A stretch of 64,000 nucleotides of DNA from Alkalispirochaeta sp. (GTDB lineage: Bacteria > Spirochaetota > Spirochaetia > DSM-27196 > Alkalispirochaetaceae), in assembly GCA_965601925.1 (NCBI GenBank), contig OZ271854.1, forward strand, positions 4,512,001-4,576,000, read 5' to 3'. The notes under the pieces were generated by a model. The model was given only the letters and a program-made list of their open reading frames with translations. It was not told the DNA's origin and did no database searches. Each line of letters opens with the position of its first letter. The first letter of the stretch is position 1. Below, piece by piece: positions 40,176-50,919 of the stretch. A program made the position numbers and the translations under genes.

Positions 40176-40949
40176 ATGAGATTATTTGATACTCATGCTC
40201 ATATCGGCCTGATAGACGAGGATCCGATTGAGCAGCTTATTGTAAGTCAAGAAGCTCGCCACGAACGTATCGACGGTATCTTGAGCATTTGCAACAATGT
40301 TCGCGACTTCTTCAGTTTGTACGAAAATTTGAAGACCGCAGCCAACGTCTATTTCGCGGTCGGTGTCTCGCCGTCCGAGGTGACAAACCCGGGCAAAGAC
40401 TGGGAGAGCCAAGTAGAACAGGGCGCGGCGATGGCGAAAGTGGTCGCCGTGGGTGAGACGGGCTTGGATTACTATCGAAAATTCGGCGATAAGGATTCGC
40501 AGATCGAATTGTTCATTCGTCAGCTCGAACTCGCCGCACGTCTCGACAAGCCGGCGGTCATTCATAACCGGGACGCCGGCAATGATGTACTGGAGATACT
40601 GAAGCAGAAAGTCCCGCCACGCGGAGCGGTACTCCACTGCTACTCCGAGGACTGGGCGTACGCCAAAAAGGCGATCGAACTGCCCATTTACATCTCCTTC
40701 GCCGGGAACGTTACGTATCGCAACGCACGCAACCTTCACGAGACGGCAAAGAACATGCCTCTCGACCGAATGTTGATCGAGAGCGAGAGCCCGTTCATGG
40801 TTCCCTCGTCCCATAGAGGACAGCGTAACCGACCGTCGTATCTGCCGGAGACGCTCCGTTTTCTCGCCGAGCTGCGTGATATGAGCGAGGAAGAGCTTGC
40901 GGAAACCTTGTTCGAGAATAGTTGCCGTTTCTTCGGCTTAGCGATCTAA
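40176..40949 (+). CDS. tatD: TatD family hydrolase
   Basis: FDTHAH, VGETGLDYY, IHNRDA, LHCYS, ESESPF. Confidence 0.92.
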   Translation: MRLFDTHAHIGLIDEDPIEQLIVSQEARHERIDGILSICNNVRDFFSLYENLKTAANVYFAVGVSPSEVTNPGKDWESQVEQGAAMAKVVAVGETGLDYYRKFGDKDSQIELFIRQLELAARLDKPAVIHNRDAGNDVLEILKQKVPPRGAVLHCYSEDWAYAKKAIELPIYISFAGNVTYRNARNLHETAKNMPLDRMLIESESPFMVPSSHRGQRNRPSYLPETLRFLAELRDMSEEELAETLFENSCRFFGLAI

Positions 40950-40959
40950 CCACAGATCC

Positions 40960-40980
40960 GCCCCTCAGTCGCTGAGGGGC
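40960..40980. terminator. GC-rich hairpin between convergent tatD and rlmB
   Basis: GCCCCTCAG-TCG-CTGAGGGGC; no U-tract. Confidence 0.35.
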
Positions 40981-41711
40981 CATTGTCGTCGATACTCATA
41001 CAACAGTATTCCCGCCGCCACCGACACGTTAAAGGAATCGACGCCGGCTTCCGGCGGAGCGGCCGAGGCGATGGTTACGACCGCATCGACGGTCTTGCGA
41101 AGAATCGGTGAGAGCCCCCGTCCCTCCGCGCCGAGAACGATGACCGCGTTTCGGTCGAACGACAGGGTGTGCAGAGCATCGCCCCCCGCGTCGGCGCCGT
41201 AGATCCACCACCCGGCATCGCGGCACGCCCCCAGCGCGACGCGCAGGTTGGGCACGTACGACACGGGGACGAACCGAGAGGCACCGACGGAAACCCTCGA
41301 CACGGTCTCTCCGGCGACGGCGCTGCGACGAGTGGGAATAATCACGAGGCCCACCTCCAACAGGAGAGCGGACCGCAGGATGGCGCCGAGATTGTGGGGA
41401 TCGGTGATGTGATCGAGGGCCACAATCGGTGACGGTCGTCCTTCACGACGGTCGCTCAACCATCGTTTGAGGTCGATGCTCCCTTCATTTCCCGAAACTT
41501 CGTCGGTGACGCGGAGCGCCGCGCCGCGGGCAACCTCGCCGACGTTGCGGCGCAGCCAATCGGGAGTCACCCGTTCGATTTTGAGATGCGCCCGCCCCGC
41601 CGCTGCGATCAGATCGCTGAACCGGTCGCGTGAGCCCGAGAGATGAAGAACTCCCTTGGTGCCGCGCCGGATCGCCGCGAGAATCGCGTGGCGCCCGGTG
41701 ATCCACGACAT
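40965..41711 (-). CDS. rlmB: TrmH/SpoU family 23S rRNA 2'-O-methyltransferase (RlmB-like)
   Basis: DHITDPHNLGAILRSA, GAEGRGL, SFNVSVAAGI. Confidence 0.85.
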   Translation of the reverse strand: MSWITGRHAILAAIRRGTKGVLHLSGSRDRFSDLIAAAGRAHLKIERVTPDWLRRNVGEVARGAALRVTDEVSGNEGSIDLKRWLSDRREGRPSPIVALDHITDPHNLGAILRSALLLEVGLVIIPTRRSAVAGETVSRVSVGASRFVPVSYVPNLRVALGACRDAGWWIYGADAGGDALHTLSFDRNAVIVLGAEGRGLSPILRKTVDAVVTIASAAPPEAGVDSFNVSVAAGILLYEYRRQWPLSD

Positions 41712-41715
41712 GGAA

Positions 41716-42144
41716 TTACGACTCGCCGAACTCTTTTACCAAGTCTATCGCGCCGTCGTAGTCGAGATCGCGCTCGTATCCCCGCACGCGCACACCGTCG
41801 TGCATGTGAATCCACAGATCAATACGACCGTCGAAGTTTGTATCGAGTTGCTCAGCGGAAAGCACACCGCCGCGATACATATAAAAGTCGTCCATGAGAC
41901 CGTCAAAGTTGAAGTCCATCGCCTCGTACGCCTTCTCGCCGAACTCGTCGAGCCTGAGTGCGTAGTCGACATTTCCATCCTGATTTGTGTCGCCGGTAAT
42001 CCAAGGCGCGTCATACCACTCGGTCTCGAAAACCGGAGTAAACGCTTCCTGAGATTCATCGGCGCGTTCGACCGTTTGCGCCGCTACAACCGCAAGAGCG
42101 GCGGTCAGCAACACCACGATCTGCACTATACGAAATCGTTTCAT
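41716..42144 (-). CDS. Exported acidic protein with four Dx[DN]xDG repeats
   Basis: Signal peptide; DTNQDG, DFNFDG, DTNFDG, DLDYDG. Confidence 0.7.
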   Translation of the reverse strand: MKRFRIVQIVVLLTAALAVVAAQTVERADESQEAFTPVFETEWYDAPWITGDTNQDGNVDYALRLDEFGEKAYEAMDFNFDGLMDDFYMYRGGVLSAEQLDTNFDGRIDLWIHMHDGVRVRGYERDLDYDGAIDLVKEFGES

Positions 42145-42277
42145 CGATCCCCCTTCTGTCGCTATATCGGACGGAAGAGGGGCCTTCTTAATCCTGCCGC
42201 GATAGATCGAAAGGAGGAACGATCAGTGCGCAATATACACTGCGGGCGGCATTCGGGGCGGCCGACTGCACGTCGGC

Positions 42278-43408
42278 CTACAGATCCTTGAGAGGAATCG
42301 GATCGGGGTTGGCCTCTTCGCCTTGAACGGACGAGAACTCTCGCAACAGATCCTTGGCGCGTCCCGACAATCGGTTCGGTATGACCAACTGAAGCTTGAT
42401 GTACATATCGCCCCTGCGTCCGCTGGTTCCAAGGGGAATGCCCTCATTGCGGAGCCGAAGGACCTTTCCGTGTTGCGTCCCGGAGGGCACCTTCACTTTG
42501 ACACGTTTGCCGTCGAGGGTCGGAACTTGGATATCGGCGCCCAACGCAGCCTGGGTGACGCTAATGGGTAGCGCGCAATACACATCGTTTCCCTGCCGTT
42601 CAAAGTGGCGGTGGGGCGCAACGTGAATCACTACGTGCAGGTCGCCGCTTTCGCCGCCCTGGCGAGCCGCATCACCCTGGCGCGGGATGGTAATTCGCTG
42701 ACCGTGAGCGATACCGGGAGGGATCGTCACTTTGACGCGCTGCCGTTTCTTGACGACACCGCTTCCGCTACACGCCGAACAGGGACGGTCTATGATCGTC
42801 CCCTCTCCCTTACAGGTGGGACAGACCGATGCGACGGAGAAGAATCCGCTGCTGCGCCGCACCTGACCGGTGCCGCCGCAGGTCGGACACGTTTTGCGTC
42901 CGCTTCCCCGCTCGGCTCCCGACCCGCCGCACACTTCGCACGACGCTTCGCGCTCATAGGCGATCTCGGCCTTGGTGCCGAACGCGGCGTCGGTAAAGGA
43001 GATCTCCAGATCGTAGCGCAGATCCGATCCGCGGGCCACGCCGCCGCGACCACGTCCGCCTCTCCCCCGGGAGCCGCCCCCGCCGAAAAACGACTCGAAG
43101 ATGCCCGAGAAGTCTCCGAAGATATCTTCGAAGTCGCGGAACGCCGAGGAGAATCCCTGGGCACCCCCGGCCCCTCCCATGCCTTCGACTCCTGCGAATC
43201 CAAACTGATCGTAGGCGCGGCGCTTTTCCCCGTCGGCGAGCACTTCATAGGCTTCGGTAGCCTCCTTGAAGCGCTCCTCCGCCGCTTTGTCGTCGGGATT
43301 GCGGTCGGGATGATTTTGAACGGCGATCTTTCGATAGGCCTTTTTGATTTCATCTACCGAGGCGTCTCGGCCGACGCCGAGCACCTCATAGTAGTCTCTT
43401 TTGGCCAA
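42278..43408 (-). CDS. dnaJ: Molecular chaperone DnaJ
   Basis: J-domain HPD, G/F region, four CxxCxGxG repeats; TTG start. Confidence 0.97.
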   Translation of the reverse strand: MAKRDYYEVLGVGRDASVDEIKKAYRKIAVQNHPDRNPDDKAAEERFKEATEAYEVLADGEKRRAYDQFGFAGVEGMGGAGGAQGFSSAFRDFEDIFGDFSGIFESFFGGGGSRGRGGRGRGGVARGSDLRYDLEISFTDAAFGTKAEIAYEREASCEVCGGSGAERGSGRKTCPTCGGTGQVRRSSGFFSVASVCPTCKGEGTIIDRPCSACSGSGVVKKRQRVKVTIPPGIAHGQRITIPRQGDAARQGGESGDLHVVIHVAPHRHFERQGNDVYCALPISVTQAALGADIQVPTLDGKRVKVKVPSGTQHGKVLRLRNEGIPLGTSGRRGDMYIKLQLVIPNRLSGRAKDLLREFSSVQGEEANPDPIPLKDL

Positions 43409-43425
43409 ACTATACCTATCCCGTA

Positions 43426-45369
43426 TTAGTTGGACTTGTCGTCGTCGACTACTTCGTAATCGACGTCTTCGACATTGTCGCCGTCGGTAGAAGCGGTTCC
43501 GCTCGTCGTACCCGTTCCGTTATCCGGCTCCGGGGTCGGCTCGCTCTGCTGTCCAGCCTGTTCGCTCTTATAGACCTCTTCGGCCAACTTGTAGGCGGCT
43601 TGCTTCAGCTCCTCGGTCTTGGCCTTTATCGCGTCGACGTCGTCGCCGTCCATAACTCCCCGCAAAGCCTCGACCGCCGCCTCGATATTCTTTTTATCGT
43701 CGTCGGAGATCTTGTCACCGTAATCGGCGAGACTCTTTTCGGTGGAATAGATTAGGCTGTCGGCCTCGTTGTGCGCCTCGATCTTGCTCTTGAGCTTCTT
43801 ATCCTGCTCCGCGTTGTCTTCGGCATCTTTGACCATCCGCTCGATCTCGTCCTCGGACAGTCCGCTGGACGATTCGATGCGGATCTTCTGCTCTTTGTTG
43901 GTCGCCGTATCTTTGGCCGACACATGAAGAATACCGTTGGCATCGATATCGAAGGTCACCTCGATTTGCGGAACGCCGCGGGGAGCCGGCGGAATGCCGA
44001 CCAGGTCGAATCTCCCGAGGGTACGATTTTGATTGGCCATCTCACGCTCGCCTTGGAGGACGTGGATCGATACCGCCGTCTGATTATCCGCGGCGGTTGA
44101 GAAGATCTGGCTCTTCTTGGTCGGAATCGTGGTGTTGCGCTCGATTAGCTTGGTGAACACACCGCCCAACGTCTCGATACCGAGAGAAAGGGGCGTTACG
44201 TCCAGAAGGATCATGTCCTTGACGTCGCCGCCGAGGATTCCACCCTGAATCGCCGCTCCCATCGCCACCACCTCGTCGGGGTTGACGCCCTTGTGAGGAT
44301 CCTTATCGAAGATCTCCTTCACGGCTCGCTGAACGGCGGGAATACGCGTTGATCCACCGACGAGAATAACTTCGTCGATCTCGCCCGCCTTGAGTCCGGA
44401 ATCCTTCAACGCCTGCAGACACGGTCCCTGGGTCCGCTTTACCAAGTCCGAGGTCATCTGCTCGAAGGTCGCGCGGTTGAGCGTGTACTGCATGTGCTTG
44501 GGCCCGCTGGAGTCGGCGGTGATGAACGGTAGGTTGATATCGGTGCTCTGAGTCGAGGAGAGCTCCTTCTTCGCCTTCTCCGCCGCCTCTTTAAGGCGTT
44601 GCAGCGCCATTCGATCCTTGCTCAGGTCGATACCCTGCTCGTTCTTGAACTGCTCGATGAGCCATTCGATGATTTTTTGGTCGAAGTCGTCTCCACCGAG
44701 GTGCGTGTCGCCGTTGGTGCTCTTTACCTCGAAGACGCCGTCGCCGAGCTCGAGAATAGATATATCGAAGGTACCGCCGCCGAGGTCGTACACCGCGATA
44801 CGCTCATCCTTGTTCTCGTTCCCGAATCCGTAGGCGAGCGCCGCGGCGGTCGGCTCATTGACGATACGTTTGACATCCAAACCGGCGATGCGCCCGGCGT
44901 CCTTGGTCGCCTGGCGTTGCGAGTCGTTGAAGTACGCCGGGACGGTGATAACCGCCTCGGTAATCTTCTCACCGAGATAGTCTTCGGCCGTCTCTCTCAT
45001 TTTCTGCAGAATTGCCGCCGATATCTCGGGCGGAGAATACTTCTTGTCGCTGATATCGATCCGCACCCCGTCGTTAGTGTCCTTTGCGACGTTATACGGA
45101 ACCATGCCGATCTCGTCGTTCACTTCACTGTAGCGACGCCCCATAAAGCGCTTGATTGAGAAAATCGTGTTCTCCGGGTTGGTCACCATTTGGTTCTTGG
45201 CCGGCTGCCCAACCAACCGCTCGACGTTGTCGCCCTTCTTTACGAAGGCTACCATTGAAGGTGTCGTGCGCTGTCCCTCGGCGTTTTGCAGAACCGCAGC
45301 CTCGCCGCTCTCGATGACGGCAACGCACGAGTTCGTAGTTCCGAGGTCAATTCCGATAATTTTTCCCAT
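43426..45369 (-). CDS. dnaK: Molecular chaperone DnaK
   Basis: [25 protein letters not shown]. Confidence 0.99.
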   Translation of the reverse strand: MGKIIGIDLGTTNSCVAVIESGEAAVLQNAEGQRTTPSMVAFVKKGDNVERLVGQPAKNQMVTNPENTIFSIKRFMGRRYSEVNDEIGMVPYNVAKDTNDGVRIDISDKKYSPPEISAAILQKMRETAEDYLGEKITEAVITVPAYFNDSQRQATKDAGRIAGLDVKRIVNEPTAAALAYGFGNENKDERIAVYDLGGGTFDISILELGDGVFEVKSTNGDTHLGGDDFDQKIIEWLIEQFKNEQGIDLSKDRMALQRLKEAAEKAKKELSSTQSTDINLPFITADSSGPKHMQYTLNRATFEQMTSDLVKRTQGPCLQALKDSGLKAGEIDEVILVGGSTRIPAVQRAVKEIFDKDPHKGVNPDEVVAMGAAIQGGILGGDVKDMILLDVTPLSLGIETLGGVFTKLIERNTTIPTKKSQIFSTAADNQTAVSIHVLQGEREMANQNRTLGRFDLVGIPPAPRGVPQIEVTFDIDANGILHVSAKDTATNKEQKIRIESSSGLSEDEIERMVKDAEDNAEQDKKLKSKIEAHNEADSLIYSTEKSLADYGDKISDDDKKNIEAAVEALRGVMDGDDVDAIKAKTEELKQAAYKLAEEVYKSEQAGQQSEPTPEPDNGTGTTSGTASTDGDNVEDVDYEVVDDDKSN

Positions 45370-45392
45370 GATATGTTTCTCCTCGCACTAAA

Positions 45393-46049
45393 TTAAGCGT
45401 TGGCCCCGGTCGGCATGGAAACCTTGACCTTGGCCGATCGCAGCACGCGGTCGTGGAGCATGTAGCCTTTTTGATAATCCTCAAGCACGAATGACTGCTC
45501 GTGATCGTCTCTCGGCTCCGTGGTAACGGCTTCGTGTTTTTGAGGATCGAACGTCTCCCCCTCGGAATCGAACCGTCTTAGCCCCCACTTACGTTCCAGC
45601 ATGCTGGTAAGCTGCTTCTCGATAAGCACGACGCCGTCATGAAACGCGTCGTAGTCTCTCGATTCGTCAGCCGATTTTATAGCTCTTTCAAAATCATCAA
45701 TGACGGAAGTCAAGTCAAGAAGGAGCTGCTGGTTGGCAAAGTTGACCGCGTCCTCCTTGTCTCGGGCCATACGTTTTCGATAATTCTCAAAATCGGCCTG
45801 TTTACGCAAATACTGATTTTTGAGCTCGCTGTTTTCCGCTTCCAGGCGAGTGATCGTCTCTTCAAGCTCGCCGATTCTCCGTTCCTCTTCGTCCGTATCG
45901 CGGCCCGTCGGCGACACCGTTTCGGCTGTCGACTCCGACAGAGATGCTTCTTGCTGTGTCTCTATTTCGGCGTCCGCCGTCGGACTATCGGAAGCGGAGA
46001 TCTCCTCGCCTTCAGCGCGTGCCGAGCGTAGATTCTCCTGCTCTGACAT
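45393..46049 (-). CDS. grpE: Nucleotide exchange factor GrpE
   Basis: ADFENYRKR, FDPQKHEAV, GYMLHDRVLRSAKV. Confidence 0.96.
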   Translation of the reverse strand: MSEQENLRSARAEGEEISASDSPTADAEIETQQEASLSESTAETVSPTGRDTDEEERRIGELEETITRLEAENSELKNQYLRKQADFENYRKRMARDKEDAVNFANQQLLLDLTSVIDDFERAIKSADESRDYDAFHDGVVLIEKQLTSMLERKWGLRRFDSEGETFDPQKHEAVTTEPRDDHEQSFVLEDYQKGYMLHDRVLRSAKVKVSMPTGANA

Positions 46050-46081
46050 ATGTTCCTCTGCTAATTCTTTGATTGAGCGAA

Positions 46082-46110
46082 AAAATACAATTACACGGAA
46101 AATTCGTCAA
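46082..46110 (-). promoter_or_regulatory. Sigma70 promoter of grpE-dnaK-dnaJ
   Basis: TTGACG-17-TATTTT; -35 overlaps the stop codon of the AlgJ-like gene. Confidence 0.55.
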
Positions 46111-47342
46111 GCGCCGCCGCGGGAGCCCGGTACCTCCATTGCGTGGATCGGTCGCTTCGTCGCGTCGGGTAGATCGATGGGCAACGCGGGGAGTTCCACC
46201 TCGGGGAGCGTCAAATACCGTTCGGGAATCTCCCAAACCACCAGTCGAGGCGGTATCTCGCGTATGGTGTCGGAGCTCAGATAAGAGGCCATCGGCACGA
46301 AGGGCCCCGCCGCCTCTTCGGCGACATTCAGGACGTCGGCCGACAGCACGAATCGCAGCGCGTCCTCGAATCCCCATCGCGGATCGGCGCTGAAGCTGGT
46401 TCCCACGAGGGTTACGGGAATATCGGGTGTATCGAAGAGCCCCAACGCGTTACCACCCAGCGCCTCTACACGCAGGGGACGGTAGGTCTCCGGTCCCAGG
46501 CCGACGTTTGACGCAAATGCACCGAGGGGCACGAAGTTCATAAGGTCGCCGGCCAGGTTGGTCGGCTGATCCCACCGCAAAGTGTACTCGTCGGTGGCCA
46601 AAGTATCTACGAATCGCGAGGGAAATGAGACGGCCACGAGCTCACCGACCGCCTCCGCTGCAGCCACCGCACCCTCGGGCCGCCAGTGCGTATCCCGCCG
46701 AAAAAAACGATCGCCCTCCAACGCAGGTCGGCCGTCTACGACCGGTATTCCGCGGTGGCGAAATGCAGCGAGAGCCTGCTCGTACCGCGGGTGCGCGGCG
46801 AGTGATTGCGCGGAGCGTGACAGCGGCTCGGGATGTACCCGCGCCTTGGACGGTAGAAGGAGTACCACGATACGCGCGTCGTCATTCGCTACGTCTACCG
46901 CCTCGGCGACCCAATCGAGGCGTTTCTCCACGCGTTGGAGGTCTCGTTCGTCCCAACGCAACTCCTCCTCGGTGTAGAGCCACCCTTCCCGGCCGACGAC
47001 GACCTCGCCGGTGCCTTCGCGAAAGAGTTGGTATCGGAGAAGCGTTATCAAACGGAGCGCCGGCGTACGCAGGGGGTGGAGCTCCTCCAACGAGTCGTCG
47101 AAGCGCCCGGCGAGGTGTCCGCTTATCGCCGAACCACGGCTATCCGACGCGTCGTCGTCGCGTATATCGTCGAGTAGCGCGGTAACGGGCGTCAAAACGA
47201 GTCCGAACACCATCGTCACCAGGAGCGTGAGCGTCGGGATATCGCGTCGCCTGAGGCGGCGAAACGCGCTACGGATGGCGGGTCGAACGCGTTTGAGGAA
47301 TGAAGTATTTCCATCGGTCATATCGAAACCGGACACCTTCAC
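46107..47342 (-). CDS. AlgJ/AlgX-like SGNH O-acetyltransferase
   Basis: N-terminal TM; VVVGREGWLY, LPSKARV, DTHW (DxH), VGTSFS, VWEIPERY. Confidence 0.85.
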   Translation of the reverse strand: MKVSGFDMTDGNTSFLKRVRPAIRSAFRRLRRRDIPTLTLLVTMVFGLVLTPVTALLDDIRDDDASDSRGSAISGHLAGRFDDSLEELHPLRTPALRLITLLRYQLFREGTGEVVVGREGWLYTEEELRWDERDLQRVEKRLDWVAEAVDVANDDARIVVLLLPSKARVHPEPLSRSAQSLAAHPRYEQALAAFRHRGIPVVDGRPALEGDRFFRRDTHWRPEGAVAAAEAVGELVAVSFPSRFVDTLATDEYTLRWDQPTNLAGDLMNFVPLGAFASNVGLGPETYRPLRVEALGGNALGLFDTPDIPVTLVGTSFSADPRWGFEDALRFVLSADVLNVAEEAAGPFVPMASYLSSDTIREIPPRLVVWEIPERYLTLPEVELPALPIDLPDATKRPIHAMEVPGSRGGA

Positions 47343-47352
47343 AAAGGATACC

Positions 47353-48810
47353 TCAGAACTGAAAATACAAAAACGGGGAGTACGAAGCCACTAAAAGTCT
47401 CGCCACGCACAGACAAAACGCTATTGCAAGGAGAATCGGGCGCCGATTACCGTTGGCGAACACGCGCGGCTCGACGACGATAAACCATATTCCGGCGATG
47501 AGTCCGACGAGCGACCCGATCTCTATTTGCCAGCGCAAAGTCTCCGGTAGTGCCATTCCCCCGAATCCGACCATGCTGCGCATCATCGTGAGCGCGGTGT
47601 CGAAGTCTTGTGCACGAAAAAAGACCCACCCGATCATCACTACTACCAAAGTGTATACACGGCGAATCGCCGGTGCACCCGCGACGGCCCTCCGAGGCGC
47701 GCCGAAGCGCTCCGGTGCGGCCGAGGTGCCGTACGCACTCGTCACCTCGCTCTCTGTCGCACGAACTCCAATGAGCCGTTCCACCACCAACCACGCCCCG
47801 TGCCACGCCCCCCATACAACGAAGGTCCACGCGGCTCCGTGCCACAGCCCACCGAGCAGCATGACGGTCAGCAGGTTGACGATCGTTCGGGCGAGACCGC
47901 GGCGGCTTCCTCCGAGGGGTATGTACAGGTAGTCGCGCAGCCAGTTTGACAAGGTGATATGCCACCTGCGCCAAAACTCGGTGATACTGGCGCTGCGATA
48001 GGGTTGTCGAAAATTCTCGGGGAACCGGAAGCCGATCATCGATCCTAAGCCGATGGCCATGTCGGAATACGCCGAGAAATCGAAATAGATCTGAATCGTA
48101 TAGGCCGCCAACCCGAGCCACGCGCCTATGAGGCCGGGACTCTCGGCGCCGAACACGGCGTCGACGATCGGAGCAACCGCATCGGCTATGAGCACTTTGC
48201 GCACCAAACCGAGTGCGAATCGTCCGGCGCCCTCGCGAAAGCCGTTCCACGAATGCGTGCGGCTACGAAGCTGTTCGGCAACCTCGCTGTAGCGTACGAT
48301 GGGGCCTGCGACGAGTTGAGGAAAGAGAGACACGTAGGCCGCGACATCGACGATGCCGCGCGCCTCCTCGGCGGTCCCGCGATACACGTCGATGAGATAG
48401 CTAATGATCTGAAACGTGAAGAACGAGATACCCACCGGCAGAATGACCTCCCACGCCCGTCCCAGTCCGGTGGACGGGATACCTGCGGCGAGAGAGAGCC
48501 GCATGAGTGCGTCGACGGCGAAGTTGAAGTACTTGAAATATCCCAGTACGAGAAGCGATAAGGTGACGCCGGCCGCCATCCAGATACGCTTTCGGCGCGC
48601 ATCCGGCGCGCGGGCTATTCTACGCCCGACAAATCCGGCGCCCAATGAGGAGATGATAAGCAGGAGCAGAAAATCGACGCGCCACCAGCCGTAAAACAAC
48701 CAGCTTGCGGCGAGTATCCACGCCGCGCGAAAGCGCTGGGGTAACAGATAGTATCCGCATAAGAAGAGCGGCAGGAAGAGAAACAGAAATGTGGGACTTG
48801 CAAATACCAC
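47353..48810 (-). CDS. algI: MBOAT family O-acyltransferase, AlgI/DltB type
   Basis: LPVGISFFTFQ, FPQLVAGPI, YFDFSAYSDMAIG, EFWRRWHITLS, GLWHGA, PFLYFQF. Confidence 0.9.
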   Translation of the reverse strand: MVFASPTFLFLFLPLFLCGYYLLPQRFRAAWILAASWLFYGWWRVDFLLLLIISSLGAGFVGRRIARAPDARRKRIWMAAGVTLSLLVLGYFKYFNFAVDALMRLSLAAGIPSTGLGRAWEVILPVGISFFTFQIISYLIDVYRGTAEEARGIVDVAAYVSLFPQLVAGPIVRYSEVAEQLRSRTHSWNGFREGAGRFALGLVRKVLIADAVAPIVDAVFGAESPGLIGAWLGLAAYTIQIYFDFSAYSDMAIGLGSMIGFRFPENFRQPYRSASITEFWRRWHITLSNWLRDYLYIPLGGSRRGLARTIVNLLTVMLLGGLWHGAAWTFVVWGAWHGAWLVVERLIGVRATESEVTSAYGTSAAPERFGAPRRAVAGAPAIRRVYTLVVVMIGWVFFRAQDFDTALTMMRSMVGFGGMALPETLRWQIEIGSLVGLIAGIWFIVVEPRVFANGNRRPILLAIAFCLCVARLLVASYSPFLYFQF

Positions 48811-48822
48811 GTTGAAACGGCG

Positions 48823-49440
48823 TTACCGGCCGTCTACCCGGGCGGTATGAAGCGTCGCAAACGATTCGCCGACGAACACGGCGTAAGACGCTCCCCGATC
48901 CAAAACGACGCCGCGGCGTAACGCTTCGACACCGCCCCGCACGGCGGACAGCTCCACCTGAATGGCGTTGACGACGATCGCCGCGCTCTCCCAGGCGCCG
49001 ACGTTCGCGATGAGTTCGCCCGCCGGATCGACGGACGAGAGACTCGCCTCGACGGCCGAAAGGTTGTACAGCACGACTTGCGCCCTGGCGGGATCGCGGT
49101 GCGCTTCATCCTCAAAAATACGGATGTCGCCGCCGGGAAGCGTCACGATCGTGTGGAACGCTCCCGGCGCCGGGCTCAACTCCGCTCCGCGGCCCCGCGC
49201 ACCGATGAGATAGATTCCCGGCGCAACGGGTCGATACGGACCGGCCTCGCCGGGCGCGAGCGACTCGAACCGGACCGATCCCGCGTCAATGCGCGGCGAC
49301 GAATCGGTGTCGTCGAGATTCACCACGCGCACCAGGGCGGCATCTCCCGGGACACGCGGCGCATACAACCCGTCCTGCGCCGCCACCGCCGAGGCGATTG
49401 CGAGCAACATGATCGATAGACGAAGAGAGTATCGTTTCAT
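48823..49440 (-). CDS. algF: AlgF-like periplasmic O-acetylation accessory protein
   Basis: Signal peptide, GLYAP..P...A.VRVVN N-terminus, two beta-sandwich halves; first gene of algF-algI-algJ. Confidence 0.7.
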   Translation of the reverse strand: MKRYSLRLSIMLLAIASAVAAQDGLYAPRVPGDAALVRVVNLDDTDSSPRIDAGSVRFESLAPGEAGPYRPVAPGIYLIGARGRGAELSPAPGAFHTIVTLPGGDIRIFEDEAHRDPARAQVVLYNLSAVEASLSSVDPAGELIANVGAWESAAIVVNAIQVELSAVRGGVEALRRGVVLDRGASYAVFVGESFATLHTARVDGR

Positions 49441-49574
49441 TACCAATGAACATACGGAGTAATCGGGGGTATGTCACTACCAAGACCGGAATCGAGTATT
49501 TTCATACCGAGCGACGAAAGTCGGACAAACGTACTGTTGCCGTAACTACGACTCGCTCCATACATTGGTACGGG

Positions 49575-50828
49575 ATGCACTATTTCAGACTTCGACGCGG
49601 TAGACGCCGCTTCACACCTTCGATTGCGTTATGCGGCCTGCTTCTCATGCACCTCACCGTACCGCACATGGCATCCCAGCCGGTCGATGCCCGCATTCCG
49701 GAGAGCCGGATTCAGTCCGTCTCGGACGAGGGGCGGATGACCGCGTCGGAGGTAGATACCTTCATTGGAGCGCTCTTTTCCGGGCATGAGGCGCCGCGAG
49801 CCCGCTATGCGGTGGATGTGGCGGTTCTTCAGATGTACACGCGGTACCCCAACGGCCGGCTCATCCGTACGCGCGTTCAGGTTTTCGTTCCCGTGATGGA
49901 CGCCCCCGAGACGGTGTATCTCTTTGCACCCGGGTCGACCGGCCTCATCGGAGTATGCCGCGCATCTCGAGAGCACGAGGCGGGAATCGTCTGGGGACGC
50001 TATCGAGCCCACGTACTCGCCTTCGCCGGGCAGGGGTTCATCGGCATTCTCCCGGACTACATGGGTTTTGAAGACGACACCCTGGTTCAGCCCTATTTTC
50101 ACGCCGAGAGTGAGGCGCGAGTCATCTTCGACGCGCTGCACGCCGTCGACGAATGGATACGACCAAACCTACCTCGCGGGATCGCTCCGTTGCGACGCGT
50201 CGCCGCCGGATACTCTCAAGGGGGTCACGCAGTCCTGGCCGCCGCGGACCGCAATGCACTGTTGGGTGGAAGTCTCTATTTGCACGGCGTTATCGGCTAC
50301 GGCCCAACGGCTGAAATCGAGCCGATGCTGGAACTCTATCCCAGCCTGGGCCCGATGGTAATCATGTCGTACTACACGGTGTACGGCAGGCCGAGCGTCG
50401 ACCCTCACGATATACTTCTGCCGCGCTGGGCCGATGAGCTGGAGTACGACACGACCAGACAATGCGTCGGCGGGATTCAGCGGTACTATCCGTCGTCGCC
50501 GGACGCCCTCTTTGACCCGATCTTCTTGGAGTCGATGCGGAACGACCGCCTGAACCAAACGCATCCGGTGATCGCGCGCATTTTCGAGGCGAATCGCACC
50601 GGCTTGGCACGCCACGGCGTTCCGACGCTGATCCTCCAAGGCACCAACGATGTAGTCGTGTCCCGCACTACGCAGGATCGCTACGTCGAGGAACTTCGTC
50701 GTCGCGGCACGCCGGTCGATTACCGCATCTACCAGGGAGCGCGACACGATACACGCCAGATCTCCTTTCCCGATGTCGTCGCCTGGACACGCACGCTAAG
50801 ACCGGGCAGACCCGCGCCCCCTCGATAG
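49575..50828 (+). CDS. Secretory lipase (LIP/CAL-A-like) alpha/beta hydrolase, paralogue 1
   Basis: PGSTG..C, PDYMG, GYSQGG nucleophile, QGTNDVVV, GARHD; start chosen from promoter geometry. Confidence 0.8.
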   Translation: MHYFRLRRGRRRFTPSIALCGLLLMHLTVPHMASQPVDARIPESRIQSVSDEGRMTASEVDTFIGALFSGHEAPRARYAVDVAVLQMYTRYPNGRLIRTRVQVFVPVMDAPETVYLFAPGSTGLIGVCRASREHEAGIVWGRYRAHVLAFAGQGFIGILPDYMGFEDDTLVQPYFHAESEARVIFDALHAVDEWIRPNLPRGIAPLRRVAAGYSQGGHAVLAAADRNALLGGSLYLHGVIGYGPTAEIEPMLELYPSLGPMVIMSYYTVYGRPSVDPHDILLPRWADELEYDTTRQCVGGIQRYYPSSPDALFDPIFLESMRNDRLNQTHPVIARIFEANRTGLARHGVPTLILQGTNDVVVSRTTQDRYVEELRRRGTPVDYRIYQGARHDTRQISFPDVVAWTRTLRPGRPAPPR

Positions 50829-50919
50829 AGATCGAGCTTTTCCCGTTCATCTTCACCGCAATACTCTCGATGTGCCCTCTCGATAGACGAGGACGGCGCA
50901 ATATGATAAGCAGAGAACT

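Noticed and set aside
46050..46110. CIRCE or HAIR operator upstream of grpE-dnaK-dnaJ
   Set aside because: No TTAGCACTC-N9-GAGTGCTAA or CTTGAGT-N7-ACTCAAG match; no hrcA in the window.
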